DNA of 64,000 bases from Eledone cirrhosa (GCA_964016885.1 OZ024743.1:111600001-111664000), one strand, 5' to 3'. Positions 14,083 to 27,502 are shown, counted from the stretch's first letter. Numbers and translations: made by a program. The notes: generated by a model from the sequence alone, not told the origin.

Positions 14083-14515
14083 AAACGTAGTAAATCGTAT
14101 CATCGTGAGGTCCGCAAAGGTTTGTTATTTTCAGTTGTTTAAAATTGCCATTTATGGAATTTTTTATTGTTAACTGTATATAAGTGCACATACATTGATT
14201 TCTGAAAAGGACACTCAAAAATATTGGGACCTTGAGCCCAAAATTTAAACTTTTTATAATTATCAAACAAAAAAAAATTCTTTGAAAAATCATGGCCGGC
14301 TCAAAGTCACGCCTTCCTCACAAACTAACAGCTCACACCGACACCACCATTGTAAATATGACTACGTTTGCCAACACTAAAAATATAAGCAGTAGCAATA
14401 TTTTAAATTTGTCTCAGCCAAACATTCATTTCCCGCCATTACCAATGACTGCAGTTGTTAAAGTCGCCACCCCCCCTCCTACCACCACCACGGCGACAAC
14501 AGAAACAAAAGAAAA

Positions 14516-16204
14516 ATGAACTCTTCCACACCGAATACCACTGACGCCACCACTACCACAACTGAAACTAAAATTAACAATAACAAAAATAACGATAACA
14601 ACAACAGCAACAATGAAATTAAGAAAACTACCCTGAGTTTTGCCAGAGTAGCAAAAACGTGCGAAACGATCCAGGTAACTCAGGAGGAATTAGAAGAAGC
14701 CAAAATAATGGTAAAGAAAGATGGGTACAGGTTCAGCCCCCCCCCCCCCCCCCCACCCACCCACACACACACACCTAATAAAATGGACCATCGTCGCCTA
14801 TACACCGTGTCTTATCGGACAATTAATATAAAATCGCGCCGAGTGAAACGGGCATCCGAGTCCCAAATCCAAAAAGCTCTGGAACATGTGTGGGCCAAAA
14901 AACCCCACATCAGACGTGGGCAGAAATATGGAACCGTGGACGTGTTCTTTGAAACACCACAGGAGGCCAGAGAACACTCCATGGCCCCATTAAGGAGTGA
15001 TGACTTCACACTCGTCCCAAGCTATTGTGGCAAGAGACTTGTGAAGATCAGGGTGACCCACGTTCCAACGGCCATCGAAATTCCCTGGCTAATGGCTGCC
15101 GTCCACACCGGCATCGAGGCCAAAACAAAGATAATCGAAATAGCGAAAGAAAAGCAGGAGAACTAGTCCGGATCTGGGATGGAGCTCCTGATCCAAGCGG
15201 ATCATAAAAGCATTGAGGAGATCCCAGAGGTAATAGACCTCACTGACGGCAGCCACCTCACCGTAATCGTCGAGAGCAGAAGGCCTAGGTGTGTCGTTTG
15301 TGGTGAAGGAACCCACCTAAGGGCTTTCTGCCCTCAGGCTAAAAGGTTGAGGCCACCTCTCTTACCCACCCCAGTGACTCAACCATCAACACCACCAGCA
15401 GCAGAGATGGCAGCAACAACTGTAGCAGCAACAACAGAAGAAACTGTAACAGCAACAACTCCAGCAACAGTAGCAAAACCAACACCACCACCACCCAACG
15501 CGCCAGAACTAGCACCAGCGCCTACACCATCCACCACGCCACAACCAAAACCAACGCCTGTGGAGGATTTTCCACTCCCCGGATCATGGGCAACTGGAGA
15601 CAGATTGTGACGGCGAGGAGTGGGAAACGGTATCAGGAAAAAAGAAAAAAGAAACCCAAAAAGAAAAAATTCTCTTCCTTCCCCCTCCAAAAACAAAATA
15701 CAGAGGGAAACAAATAAATTATCAAACAAAAAAGTTAGGACAGATATGCCACCATCCACACCAGCATCACCAACTCCATCACCACAAACAGCAACACTAT
15801 CACCATCATTAACCCCAACACCACCATCACCAACACCACAAAAGTCACCAAAAAGCGTAACAGAAACATACCCACAACAAACGCAAACAAAACAAAACAA
15901 CCAAAACGATACACACTACACAGCATTAAATTTGAACAACTAATTATTACACTACATGCAACACAACACCAGCATCACAGAAAAAGACTACACAACAACC
16001 CAAAAGTTCACACCACCTCCACACATACAAATCACTCGTATCACACAGAAAACGTACACGACACTAAAACAAACATTCCCCAAAGACATCGGAGAGTTCC
16101 GACAAACACTCTCCAGAAGGATTTATAAGGACATCCTTCCGGAGGAGGCCACAAGCATTGAAAAGGATGGACAAACCATCCTTCCTCTACTAGAAGTAAG
16201 GTAA
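14516..16204 (+). pseudogene. Tx1 ORF1 (gag-like: RRM-like region, CCHC zinc knuckle, Pro/Thr-rich tail)
   Basis: Track ORFs 14516, 15179, 15620 and 15956 share one frame, separated by single stops. Contains RRPRCVVCGEGTHLRAFC (C-X2-C-X4-H-X4-C). Confidence 0.85.
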
Positions 16205-16238
16205 GTGGTCTTTCCCAACTTTTCCACTCCATTTCAAC

Positions 16239-19200
16239 ATAACCTCACTCAGAATAGGCAGCATAAATGCGCGTGGCTTGGGGTCGTCATGGAAGCAGGG
16301 CCACCTGCTCAACGACCTCAGGTCACTAAACATAGATGTAGTGGCCATCAGCGAAACCAGAATCTCCAAAGCACGGGCCTTCGCACCGATCTTCGGCGGC
16401 TACGATGTGTACGCATCTCCCAGCCGTCCGGGATCGGGGAGTGGGGGAGGAGTTGCTGTGCTTTTTCGAAGAGGTTTGGATCTCGCCATACGGGCCATCT
16501 TCCTGGACCCAGAAGGTAAGTTGGTGGTGCTAGACGTGACCAGCGGAGACGGACAAGCTTTCAGGCTAGTGGCCGTCTATTCCCCGACAGGAGCAGGGCG
16601 GCCTGATTTCTTCCGGCGTCTGGAGACCTTTCTTAGAATGTCCCGCACTTTATTGTTAGTGGGCGACTGGAACGGGATCTTAGATGCACGCTGGGACTGT
16701 GTGGGATTAGCGGATAGGGTAGGTGGGTGCAAGAACCTCACCATCCTGCTCAGGCGTTTTGAACTGTCTGACAGGTACCGATTGGATTTTCCGAATGTGC
16801 CAATGTGGGCTTGAAAAATCGCATAGGGTCATCCAGATCATATCTAGATAGAGTACTTTGTAGGGAAATAGATAGGTCTAGCATAGGCTGTCCACAATTC
16901 AAGATAGTCAGCTACAGGGACCACAAATTCGTGATCTGTGTGCTTGACTTAGACAGGGTTCATAGACGAGGACCCGGCTACTGGAAGCTAAACGCGTCCT
17001 TACCAGCGCGCAAGGCCTACAGAGACCGGATTAACGTACTAGTTAAGCGAGCGTTGATGGGGGCCATCGTCAACAACATGTGGTGGTTTGCTCTGAAAAG
17101 AGCGATTAGAATAGAGCCCATTAGGTTTAGTAAGGCTTTAGCAATACTGAAAAATAGAGCACAGGGAGAACTAGTTAAAAAATTAGACTAGGCGCTTAGC
17201 AAAGGCATCGCGACCGACGTACTTAGGGCGAAATTCGCCCTTGACCAATTCTTCAATGCAAAGCACGAAGGCTGCATTGTCAGAGCTAGGGTGCGTGCTC
17301 TCAGACACGAGGGGACGAAAGCCGTTCAATGGGCCCGAGTGGCCGAGGCTCGTCGTGGCAACAAAGCCACGATCCGGTCTTTGGTGGACCACGACGGGCG
17401 CATGCTACTCGATCCCGGGCAAATGTGTGAAGCTTTTCAGCGACACTTCGCACAGCTGTTCGGGGGCTGCTACAGGCCGGATCGAGGGGAGTACTTTAGT
17501 GTCTATCTCGACGGATCTCCCCGGCTCTCGGCCACTGAGGCGGAGTGTTGCGAAAAGCCGATAACAGCCGCTGAAGTACGGGAGACACTGACTGGCTGCA
17601 CAAGGGGTAACTCGCCTTGTTTGGAGGGTCTGCCCTATAAACATTACGTACAGATGCCAGACTTGTTCGGAGGCCTCTTGGCGGATGTCTACTGCAACTG
17701 GCAACAGAATGGGAGAATTCCCAGCTCTGTGAGCCGAGGAGCGGTGGCGTTGCTGAGAAAGGATCCGAACAAGGGGGATAACATATATAATTTCAGGCCC
17801 ATAGCTCTGCTAAACACAGAGTTCAAGATTTTGGCCAAGGTGCTAGCAAAGAGGTTGGCGCTTGTCGTTGGTGGTCTGGTGAGAGAGGCACAGACGTACG
17901 CCATTCTCGACAGATCCATCCACTACAACCTGCACCTCATGCGATACATCGTAGTGAGGGTAGCTAGGGAACCTGGCACGGGTGGGTCCTTGATCATTTA
18001 AGATCAGTCGAAAGCTTTCGATAGGGTCGACCATCGTTACCTAGCGGCAGTCCTGAGGGCGGCTGGCTTTAGGCCCGTCTTCAGAGGCTGGATCGCTGCC
18101 ATGCACAGCGACATATGCTCTGTGGTGAGAGTGAACGGTCACCTTTCGGAACCGTTCAACATCATGCGCTCGGTCCGCCAAGGATGTCCCTTTCTCGTCA
18201 CTCTTGTACCAATTGATTCTCGAGCCATTACTGCACAAACTGGAGACATTGAGGGGGGTCCCGCGCGAACTAGGATGCGGAAGATCCGTGTCATCATATG
18301 CGGACTATGTCACCGTAGTGGTGTCGAACGCAAAACACATCGAGGCGATCGGCACTACACTAAGAGAATACGAAGCGGTGACAGGAGCAATGATCACCCA
18401 GGAAAAGTCAGTGGGCCTGCAGCTCGGCACCTGGAGAGGTAGGTCCATGTTGTCCAACAGCGTCATCGGGCGCTTGACGGACGGACCGGTTAAATTGCTA
18501 GGGGTCTGGTTCGGTCCGGACCTCCAGACGGACAAAAACTGGGACGAGATGACGAGCGGGGTGGCTTCTCTCACCCAGAAATGGGCAGAGAGGAAGCTAT
18601 CCCTGAAAGGTCGAGCGGGGGTGGCTAATGCGTACATCGCGTCCGCCATCTACTACCGCGTAATCGTCGTACCTTGACCTAAGCCCCGCCTGACTGCGCT
18701 GGAGCGTTTGCTCTTTTGCTTTTTGTGGAAGGGACACGCTCCGATAGTCAGGCGGTCCATCTGCTGTCAACACCCGCTACGTGGATAGCTGGGCATGCCG
18801 TGGCTGATGATGCGCAGACACGCGCTCAGGCTACGACAACTCTACCTCTTCCTCGACGGTGATCAGGTGTGGTCGCCGTTTGCTAGACAAGTCTTTCCCC
18901 AGCTCGTCTCCTTGACGGAGCTGCAGTCCTGGGTCAAGCGAAGACCGAGAGGGAGCGCTTGGAGACTGGAATGTCTTCAGGCGCTCACAGCCCTCGACCA
19001 ATCGAGCAATGTGATCGGTGGAAACTCCACCTTGGCGTTCTATAGAGGATTAGTGGCGGGGAAGAGCGACGAAGTACTTGGAGAAACTCTAGGCGTCGAC
19101 GAAAATCAACTAGCCAATCTCTTCGGAAGGACTTTCGGGCCGGGGCCTATGGACAACTTCCAGAAATCCACGGCCTATCAGCGCTACCGAGGACCTTTGC

Positions 19201-19662
19201 CATTCGGGATAAACTCTACAAGCATGGAGGTGCCCTCAGCCGTCCATGTCCGAGATGCGCGCAGGGCGACGAAACCATCCTACACGCACTCGTCCAGTGT
19301 CCGAGCATTGCAGACTTGTGGGTTGATGTCGAACACCTGCTGTCATGTGTAGGACGGATCCAGCTATCAGCTAAGTCCATCGTGAAGTTTTCCCCGCCTT
19401 CTTCCTTTAGCCGGGGAGGGCAGGCAGTTTTTATCTGCCTGGTGGCCATGGCGAAAGAGATAGTATGGTGGACACGTTTGAAAGGGCTGAAGACGAGCAC
19501 TTACCGTTCGGTGATGCCCTGATTAACTTTTTCAAATTTCATTTGAAAAGGAAAATAAGGGTAGAGAGGGAAGTGCTCTCTTCCCAGCATTTTGTTGAAA
19601 GATGGGTGAGAGAAGCAAGTATGGCCCGAGTGAATGGGCCTATTCTGAGTATATGTCTGTAA
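16239..19662 (+). pseudogene. Tx1 ORF2 (AP endonuclease, reverse transcriptase, Zn finger)
   Basis: Motifs IGSINARGL, VAISET, GGGVAVL, VYSP, VGDWN, YLDRV, GPGYWKLN, NFRPIALLNTEFKILAK, DQSKAFDRVDH, SVRQGCP, YADYV (YADD mutated) and CPRCAQGDETILHALVQC. Confidence 0.92.
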
Positions 19663-19909
19663 ATTAAAGGTGGAAAACTGGGAGAGGGCACTTGCCCTGG
19701 TGGTCACGGTCATTGTGGCCTTTTAATGGGCTTTCTTCACAAATGTCCCTCGGAAGTCTCCCCCCTATTGGGAAATTTTTCATTGTTATTTTTTATTACA
19801 TCCTCTGTTTTTTTTACACGTAGAAATGCCCATTTGTACCGTCCTGTATTGTCCTGTACTGTCCGTAATGTATATTTTATGTAAACTCGTGTGGTTAATA
19901 AAGAAAGCA

Positions 19910-22087
19910 ATATTATTATCATTATTATTATTATTATTATTATAATTTTTATTATTACAGTTGCATTTATCTTGCTTTATGTTCATACGGGTTATCACCA
20001 AGTCACAACCAGTGACCTCACGAGACATCAAGATCCGCCATGTTCAAGAAAGCACATACATACACACACATGCATCTTTAGGTGTTTAGACTTGTGATGT
20101 ACTTATATTGACAGAATCTTCCTCAGTATATGAGCAGTTCCCATTAGTACTATCTTTTGTATTTCTCCTATACACTGCTCTCCTGGGATTTGCGATAAGT
20201 AATCATTAGACCCCTTAGATATCATTCCTAGAGCGCTTACAACCACTGGTATTGTTTTAGTTCTCAATTTTCACATTTTTCTAATTTCTATCTCCAGGTC
20301 CTTATTCTTGCTCAATTTTTCAAGTGTTTTTATAGATACCTTCTTGTCTATTGGAACGGAAATATCAATTAGCAGGCATACCCTCTTTTTAAAGTTCTTC
20401 AGTATTATATCAGGTCTATTTGCATCTATTTTTCGGTCTGTCTGGCTGCTAAAGTTCCACAAGATTGAGATGTGATCTTTTTCAAGTATGGGAGGTGGTT
20501 GATGCTCCCAACAATTCTTTTGATAGGGCTTACACATTATCCAATGTATGTAATGTGCAGCTCTGTCATGCCTGTTTAGGTATTCGGTTGGAGTTATAGG
20601 ACTGCACATTGAAATTATATGATCAATGGTCTCTGGATGTTTTTTTACATACACGGTATAATGGGTTGCATCCATTTTTTATTATGTTGGCTTGGTAATT
20701 TTTAGTTCGCAGACACTGATTTTGTGCTGATATAATCAGGTCTTCAGTCTCCGATTTCAGTCAAGAGGATGCCAACCAATGATGGGCTAACATTTTGTCA
20801 ACATCAGGATTGTTAGCTCTTTCTGGGTATTTTCCATACAGAGGCTTTTCTTGACATTTCTTAGCCAGTTTCTGTAGCAGTTCTTTCTTTGCAGTTTCTT
20901 TCACCTGCTTTGCTTTTTCTGTGTTTTCCATTTCAGCAGTAAATGGGACTTCTGAAATTTGTAGTCGATTACCGTATCTTTGTGCATCTTTTTTTAATAG
21001 AGTATGATCTTTTGATGCTTTCGTGTTTCAAAACGAGTTTGATCATCCAATCATGTGATTCCCCTAGATATGTAGATAATCCAATTGTTGCAATATCTAA
21101 CTGGATTAACCGACATCCTCCTTCTTTTCTAGGGAGATATATTATATCTGTATCTGCCTTAGGGCTATGCATTCTGTGCATGGGTAAGAATTTTCTAATT
21201 TTTGTATCGAACCTACGGATCTCTGTGCTTGACCAGTTGATGACATTGTAACTGTAGGTTACTACTGGTATGGCAAGCGTTTTTATGGCATCGATCCTAT
21301 TCCTTGCATTCGATTCCGTTCTTAAGATTGCTCTTACTTTGCGGTAACATTCTACCTTATCCTTTCCTTCATTGTCGTGTGCTTGATTCCGTCTCCTTCA
21401 CAAACACCTAGATATTTGTAAGTTTCTTCTTGATCACGTTCTCTTATCACATTCCCCCGATCAAGATTAATGTCTGAACTTTTCAGCAGCTTTCCTCTGG
21501 TGAACGTTGCTTTGGCGCATTTATCTAGTCCAAACACCATTTTAATGTCATCACTGAACTGCTCCACAGTGGATAATAGCCCTTGCAATTGTTCATCATT
21601 TTTTGCAAACAGTTTCAGGTCATCCATGTAGAGCAAGTGATTAATGGTTTTGTCATAGATTTATATCCATGTTTTGGTTCATTGAGCATTTTACTTAATG
21701 GTATAAGTGCGATGCAGAATAAAAGCGGTGATAAAGAGTCACCCTGAAAAATTCTACACTTAATATTAACTTCTCCAGCTTCCAGTGATTTCGTTTCACT
21801 ATTCAAAAGGAGTGTAGTTTTCCATGTCTTCGTACTGAATAACAGGAACCTCCTGACAACGAGAGATATTTTGAAAATCTCTAAATATTTTTCAATCCAA
21901 CTGTGTGGCAAACTATCGAATGCTTTTATATAATCTATCCAAGCAATTGATAGATTTTTGTGTCTATTATGACAATCTTCCAGTATCATTTTGTTAACCA
22001 AAAGCTGATCCTTACAGCCATATGTGCCTCGTTTACACCCTTTCTGCTCATTGGGAAATAGATCATTTGTTATCAGGTGGTCATATG
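19910..22087 (-). mobile_element. 5'-truncated R4/Dong-type LINE (RT + restriction-like endonuclease) with (TAA)n tail
   Basis: WIDYIKAFDSLPH, IFQGDSLSPLL, LYMDDLKLF, ETIDHIISMC, YLNRHD, NRPDIIL..CLLIDISVP and terminal GTAHILRKILSI*. The 3' UTR runs into a TAA repeat at about 19910-19955. Confidence 0.92.
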
Positions 22088-22097
22088 TATTATTATT

Positions 22098-22276
22098 TTT
22101 TTTCTACTTTTGGCACAAGGCCAGCAATTATCCCAGTGTATTACTGGTACTTTATTTTATCTACCCCATAAGGATGAAAGGCAAAGTTAACCTCGGCGGG
22201 ATTTGAACTCGGACCATAAAGAGGCGTATCTCTATGCTACAAAGCATGATGTCCGACCCTCTACCGATACTGCCAT
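22098..22276 (-). mobile_element. tRNA-derived SINE
   Basis: Full match to the window SINE consensus. Confidence 0.88.
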
Positions 22277-22511
22277 AGCTTCTTTAGTATACGAAATATC
22301 GATCATTCTTTTTCGATCATGGCATTGCTTATCATCACTTAGACATTAACCGTTACAATATATTTGTAAACCTTTAACTACATTGTTAAATGTGTCCTTT
22401 CATTTTTAAAAGGGCTTAATGTATTTCAATGAATGTTGCCTGGGTTTTCATTTAGACCGAAGGATAGTTTATCGCAGATATCGGAAAACTCTTTCAAACA
22501 GTGAGCTGCAT

Positions 22512-22618
22512 AAGTTATGGCTCATGAGATTTTATTCATGATATATGACTCATGTGATATAGCTGGATGAGATATGTCTTGATGAGATATGGCTCATGAG
22601 GCGTGGCTAATGAGATGA
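22512..22618. repeat. Degenerate ~14-bp minisatellite (gatatggctcatga)
   Basis: Six to seven imperfect copies visible. Confidence 0.6.
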
Positions 22619-22883
22619 GGCAAGCCATACTACTAAATTAAATCAAGGTAATTTTTAGTTAGCCATGTCCAGAGCATTAGTTTGCTAATGACTAACATAT
22701 AGGCTGCCCTCGATGGATATTACTCTAAATATCCAACCTGGCTGTTAAGACTAATAATAATTTTCAATTCTAATATGTTCTTAAGTTGTATTAATGAAGA
22801 CAGGTAAGAAAATAAACAAATATATATACAGTACGTGTAAATACGAAATTGCCTGGTGCAACAATTAGTAATATGAAAATAAT

Positions 22884-23655
22884 AATGTTTTCTACTTTTG
22901 GCACAAGGCCAGCAATTACTAGTACAATACTGGTACTTTATTTTATCGACCCCGTAAGGATGAAAGGCAAAGTTAATCTCGGCGGGATTTGAACTCAGAA
23001 TGGCAAGGGACGTAGCTCTATGCGTCAAACCCTCTACCGACACTGCCAATCCACCGCCCTAATATGAAAATAATTGATTCTATTTTTAGACACAAGGCCA
23101 GCAATTAACCAGTGCATTACTGGTACTTTATTTTATCGACCCCGTAAAGATGAAAGGCAAAGTCAACCTCGGCGGGATTTGAACTCAGATCGTAAAGGGA
23201 CGTAACTATGCTGGAAAGCATGGCGTCCGATGCTCTACCGATACTGCCAATCCACCGCCCTAATATGAAAATAATAATTGTTTCTACTATTGGCACAAGG
23301 CCTGCAATTACTCAGTACATTACTGGTACTTTATTTTATCGACCCCGTAAGGATGAAAGGCAAAGTTAACCTCGGCGGGATTTGAACTCAGAATGGCAAA
23401 GAACGTAACTCTATGCGTCAAAGCATGGCATCCGACCATCTACCGATACTGCCAATCCACCACACTAATTGTTTCTACGTTAGGCACAAGGCCAGCAATT
23501 ACCCAGTGCATTGCTGGTACTTTATTTTATCGACCCCGTAAGGATGAAAGGCAAAGTTAACATCAGTGGGATTTGAACTCAGAATGGCAAGGGCCGTAAC
23601 TCTATACGTCAAAACATGGCGTCCGACCCTCTACCAATACTGCCAATCCACCACA
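22884..23655 (-). mobile_element. Head-to-tail array of four SINE copies
   Basis: Copies at about 22884-23059, 23075-23260, 23276-23465 and 23467-23655. Confidence 0.92.
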
Positions 23656-23789
23656 ATAATGTTAGACCATATATATGAAAATAGACAGATATCCAGGTAT
23701 ATTTCTGTACATATTTTTACTCAAGCAAATATTTGAATAGCATTTGACAATGACGATGACCACGACAAACTGACACCATGCTCCTAATA

Positions 23790-23965
23790 ATAATTGCTTC
23801 TACCTGTGGCACAAGGCCTGCAATACTGGTACTTTATTTTATCGACCCCGTAAGGATTAATGCAAAGTTAAGCTCGGCAGGATTTGAACTCAGAATGGCA
23901 AGGGCTGTAACTCTATGCGTCAAAGCATGGTGTCCGACCCTATACCGATGCTGCCAATCCACCAC
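23790..23965 (-). mobile_element. tRNA-derived SINE
   Basis: Match to the window consensus. Confidence 0.88.
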
Positions 23966-24934
23966 TCCTCGTGGGGCTCCTAATAATAATGATGATGAGG
24001 CGGAGGATGGTGATGATGATTAAAATGAAGATAATGATAATAAAGTAGATATTAAAATGGACGATGTGAAGGAACTGAATGTGGAGAAATTAGAGTGGGT
24101 GGATAACATGCAGGATTAAAGTGGTTATGGTGTTGGTGGAGTTGTGTTTTATAGGGGTTGGGATGTTAGTTTGTGGGATGGTGTTGTTGGCGGTATGCGG
24201 ATGTCCTGGTGTGAGGATTTGTTTGGTGGTGGTGGAAAAGGTTGTAGTGGATGTGATGAGGGACATGGCGGCGACGATAATGATAATAGTTGTAAGAAGA
24301 AGGATGAAAATGACGATAATGTCTGGATACATCAACTTCTACATACAAGACTATCGTAATGATAATATACTCTGGGATGTTTCATTCCTTACAAAGAGGT
24401 GGGCATCAACTGTTAGGTATTTCTTGGTGTAACACTAGAAAATTATAATGCCCTTGATTGAGTTAGCTGTCAAATTAGATTATTATACTTACTGATAGAA
24501 ACTAAGAAAAGAGGAATCAATACGATATTGGGAGTTTGAGTATGTTTTGCGTTGAACATTCAACTTATTAGTTTTCTATCTACATTCATATATGTATGAC
24601 GTGGCTAAACGTAACAGCATGAACCAGTCCATAAAAAGGGTATCATGCTCCTCCAATCAAAATGTCCGCTTCACTTCTCTAACAACAAAAACGAATTAGA
24701 AATTATCCAAATATATCAATATCGTAATAGTGTTAACGAAAATATTAAGAGAGAAAACCAAACGGTTAAAAATAATAGATGTCCTGTATATATAGAACTG
24801 TATCTCGTTGTGGTGTTCTAGAGGCCCAGTTGTGAATTAGTGTGTTTCTTGGGTATTTTAAACATCAGAGACACAATCACTCTATACAGCTGATTTCTTC
24901 CAGAAAAAAAGAGGAGCAGATAGGAGATGCGAAA

Positions 24935-25102
24935 GAGATATACAAGAACAATCAACCCCAGTAGCTGGCTGGTACATATTTCATCGACCTCAAAACGATG
25001 GAAAGCAACGTTGACCTTGTGATTTGAACTCAGAGCGTACAATACCGAAACAAATACCTCGTAGATTACGTCCGATGCTCTATTGACTCGGTCAATTCGC
25101 CG
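24935..25102 (-). mobile_element. Older SINE copy
   Basis: ggtacatatttcatcgacc...gatttgaactcag. Confidence 0.7.
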
Positions 25103-26489
25103 AATATATATCAATGAGGCATTAAATATACAAATACATATATAAACAAATATCCAGGATTTATACATATACAGGAACTTGACTCATAGTACTTACAGTA
25201 CATTTTATACGATAGAAACAACAAAAACAAAAGACTTTGCCACCCTAAAAGATAACAGAGCTGTGTTCAGTTTTGCAGCGAAAACACGCAATAAAACTAA
25301 GACGACTGGAAAATAATAGTACCAAAGTACTAATAATGACGATAGAGGAAATTATAGAGTTCAATCCTTCATCTTTTTTTTTCTTGCGCATCATTTTATA
25401 TTGTATTCTATCGAATTGGCTGCATTATTGTTGCATTTTGACCTCACAGTGGAGTAAGTATGGCACAAGATCGTCTTAACACCCAAATTGGCAAATTAGG
25501 AAAGCCTGAGTGACAGCACATGAACTAAATCAAAAAGTGATTTTATAGGTTTCCATCAACGTTTAATAAAATAAATTCGACGTCCAGTCAAAGATTAAAA
25601 GCTTCCTATTGATCCAAGTCAATTGAACTTTTGTACGCAATCATTGAGAAAGAGAGTAGGATGAATGAAGGAGGGAAAGAGAAATGAAAAAATATAAAGA
25701 CAGAACTACGGTGGGTTCCAAAATGAGAATAAGATTGTGAAGAGAGGTTGAGGGGGAGAGAAAGGATGGAAAAAGAGAGAAAGCGGAGAAAGAGAGAGAA
25801 AAGGAAACGGAAAAAGAGAGAAAGTGAGAAACGGAGAAAGTGAGAAAGAGAAATTAGAGAGAAGGGGAGAAAAAGAGAAAAGGAAAGGAACGAGTGAGAA
25901 AGAGTGAGAGGCGGGAGTGTGAAGGGAGAAAAAGGGGGAGTATGAATATTTGTGTTTGAATGAAATACAAAATAACCGGGAGAAGGAGATACGTCAGATT
26001 TTTTCTTTCTCTCGCTTTTCTTTATTTTATTTATCTCTTCCCTGCCTACTTTCTTTCCTTCTTTCTATTATTTTTAAACGTTGTACTATCATTGACATCG
26101 GGGAAAAAGGTCATAACCAGCTTTAATGGGCACATCAATTCGAAAATAGACCCCAGAATGACTTGGTCACTTTTTATTACAACTGATCGGTAGAGCGAAT
26201 AAAACACTTCCCCAAATTACAGAGTAGGCAAAAGCCTTTTATCCTCGTTATTTGTTTTCTTTCTGTTTTTCTCACAATTTTCTTTCCTTTACACTGCCAG
26301 TTCTCATTGGATCTCTTTTTTATGCATTCATTAATATATTTTTTTATCAGATTTATTATATTTTTAATTTTATTATGTTATGTTCCATTCGTAATATTAG
26401 CCATATAACATAGAGCAAAATGGTGACTTCACATTCATAGCACAGATTTTAAGGAGCTTTTCGATCTTGATCAAGACTTTTATCATCAT

Positions 26490-26820
26490 CTTCACTAATA
26501 TCATCACAACTATCAGCACCAACTCAACTCCACCACAACAAACACCAATACCATCACAACGACCAATGTAATCAACACCAACACCAACAAAAGGACTAAC
26601 ATCAATGTTATCGTCATCATCATCAATATCATCATCATCATGATTATCATCATCATCGTCTTTATAGTCATACACCTCATCATCATCATCTTTATAGTCA
26701 TACTCATCATCATCATAATCAACATCCTCGTCATTCCCATCACATCCATCGTCATCATAATCATCGTCTCCCCGCCACATACATCTTGATCATAGTTGCC
26801 ATCGTCGTCATTATTTTTTA

Positions 26821-26863
<43 letters not shown>

Positions 26864-27015
26864 GTTATTATTATTATTGTTATTGTTGTCGTTGTTATTG
26901 TTGTTGTTGTTATTGTTGTTGTTATTTTTGTTGTTGTTGTTATTGTGGTTGTTGTTATTGTTGTTATTGTTGTTGTTGTTGTTGTTATTATCATCATTAT
27001 CATTATTATTATTAA
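26490..27015. repeat. Compound trinucleotide low-complexity tract (CAT/TTA/TTG)
   Basis: Direct reading. Confidence 0.9.
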
Positions 27016-27286
27016 CTATCAAATGTCGATACTGCTAGCTAACATAGTCCCTAATTAATATCTAGCTATCGGTAAAATGCCAATTAATTCACGTTACAAA
27101 GCGAGTGATAACTATTTATTTGAATTTTTGTTTGTTCATTATTTGTACATTTCTTTTTTTAGTTATGCTATTATATCGATTTTTGGAGCTGTTATTTGTC
27201 GGTGATGGTGAAGATGATTTTTGCTGAAAATGTTGGTGACATTTATGTGTTGAGTTTTTAGGTCTATATGTTTCTAGTTTCTACGG

Positions 27287-27337
<51 letters not shown>

Positions 27338-27370
27338 ACGGATATATAAGTATATATTTATATATAATGG

Positions 27371-27502
<132 letters not shown>

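Larger units (their letters stand above)
14083..19908 (+). mobile_element. Near full-length Tx1/L1-clade LINE, inactivated
   Basis: 5' UTR, ORF1 with CCHC knuckle, ORF2 with APE, RT and C-terminal Zn finger, and a 3' UTR with AATAAA at about 19897. Multiple stops and frameshifts. Confidence 0.92.

Noticed and set aside
14292-14519. uORF with ATGA stop-start coupling to ORF1
   Set aside because: It could equally be a frameshift in the adjacent A-run of one longer ORF1; this cannot be decided from one copy.
15164-15943. Programmed readthrough or selenocysteine at in-frame ORF1 stops
   Set aside because: The stops are TAG, TGA and TAA in a copy whose ORF2 is also degraded, so neutral decay is sufficient.
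14812-19922. Antisense ORFs over the Tx1 element
   Set aside because: Shadow frames of GC-richer coding sequence with no recognisable motifs.
13085-22087. One R4/Dong element split by the Tx1 insertion
   Set aside because: Both pieces contain the same RT segment (FQGDSLSPLL) with different sequence, and the right-hand copy has its own 3' tail. They are independent copies.
22884-23655. Repeat-spacer array resembling CRISPR
   Set aside because: The units are ~190-bp tRNA-derived SINEs with identical short spacers, in a eukaryotic context with no cas genes.
24330-24450. Possible Dong endonuclease fragment (NDNILWDV)
   Set aside because: Too short and degraded to support.
26397-27022. Asp-rich and Asn-rich ORFs (one DYKDDDD FLAG-like string)
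   Set aside because: By-products of (CAT)n and (TTA)n repeats.
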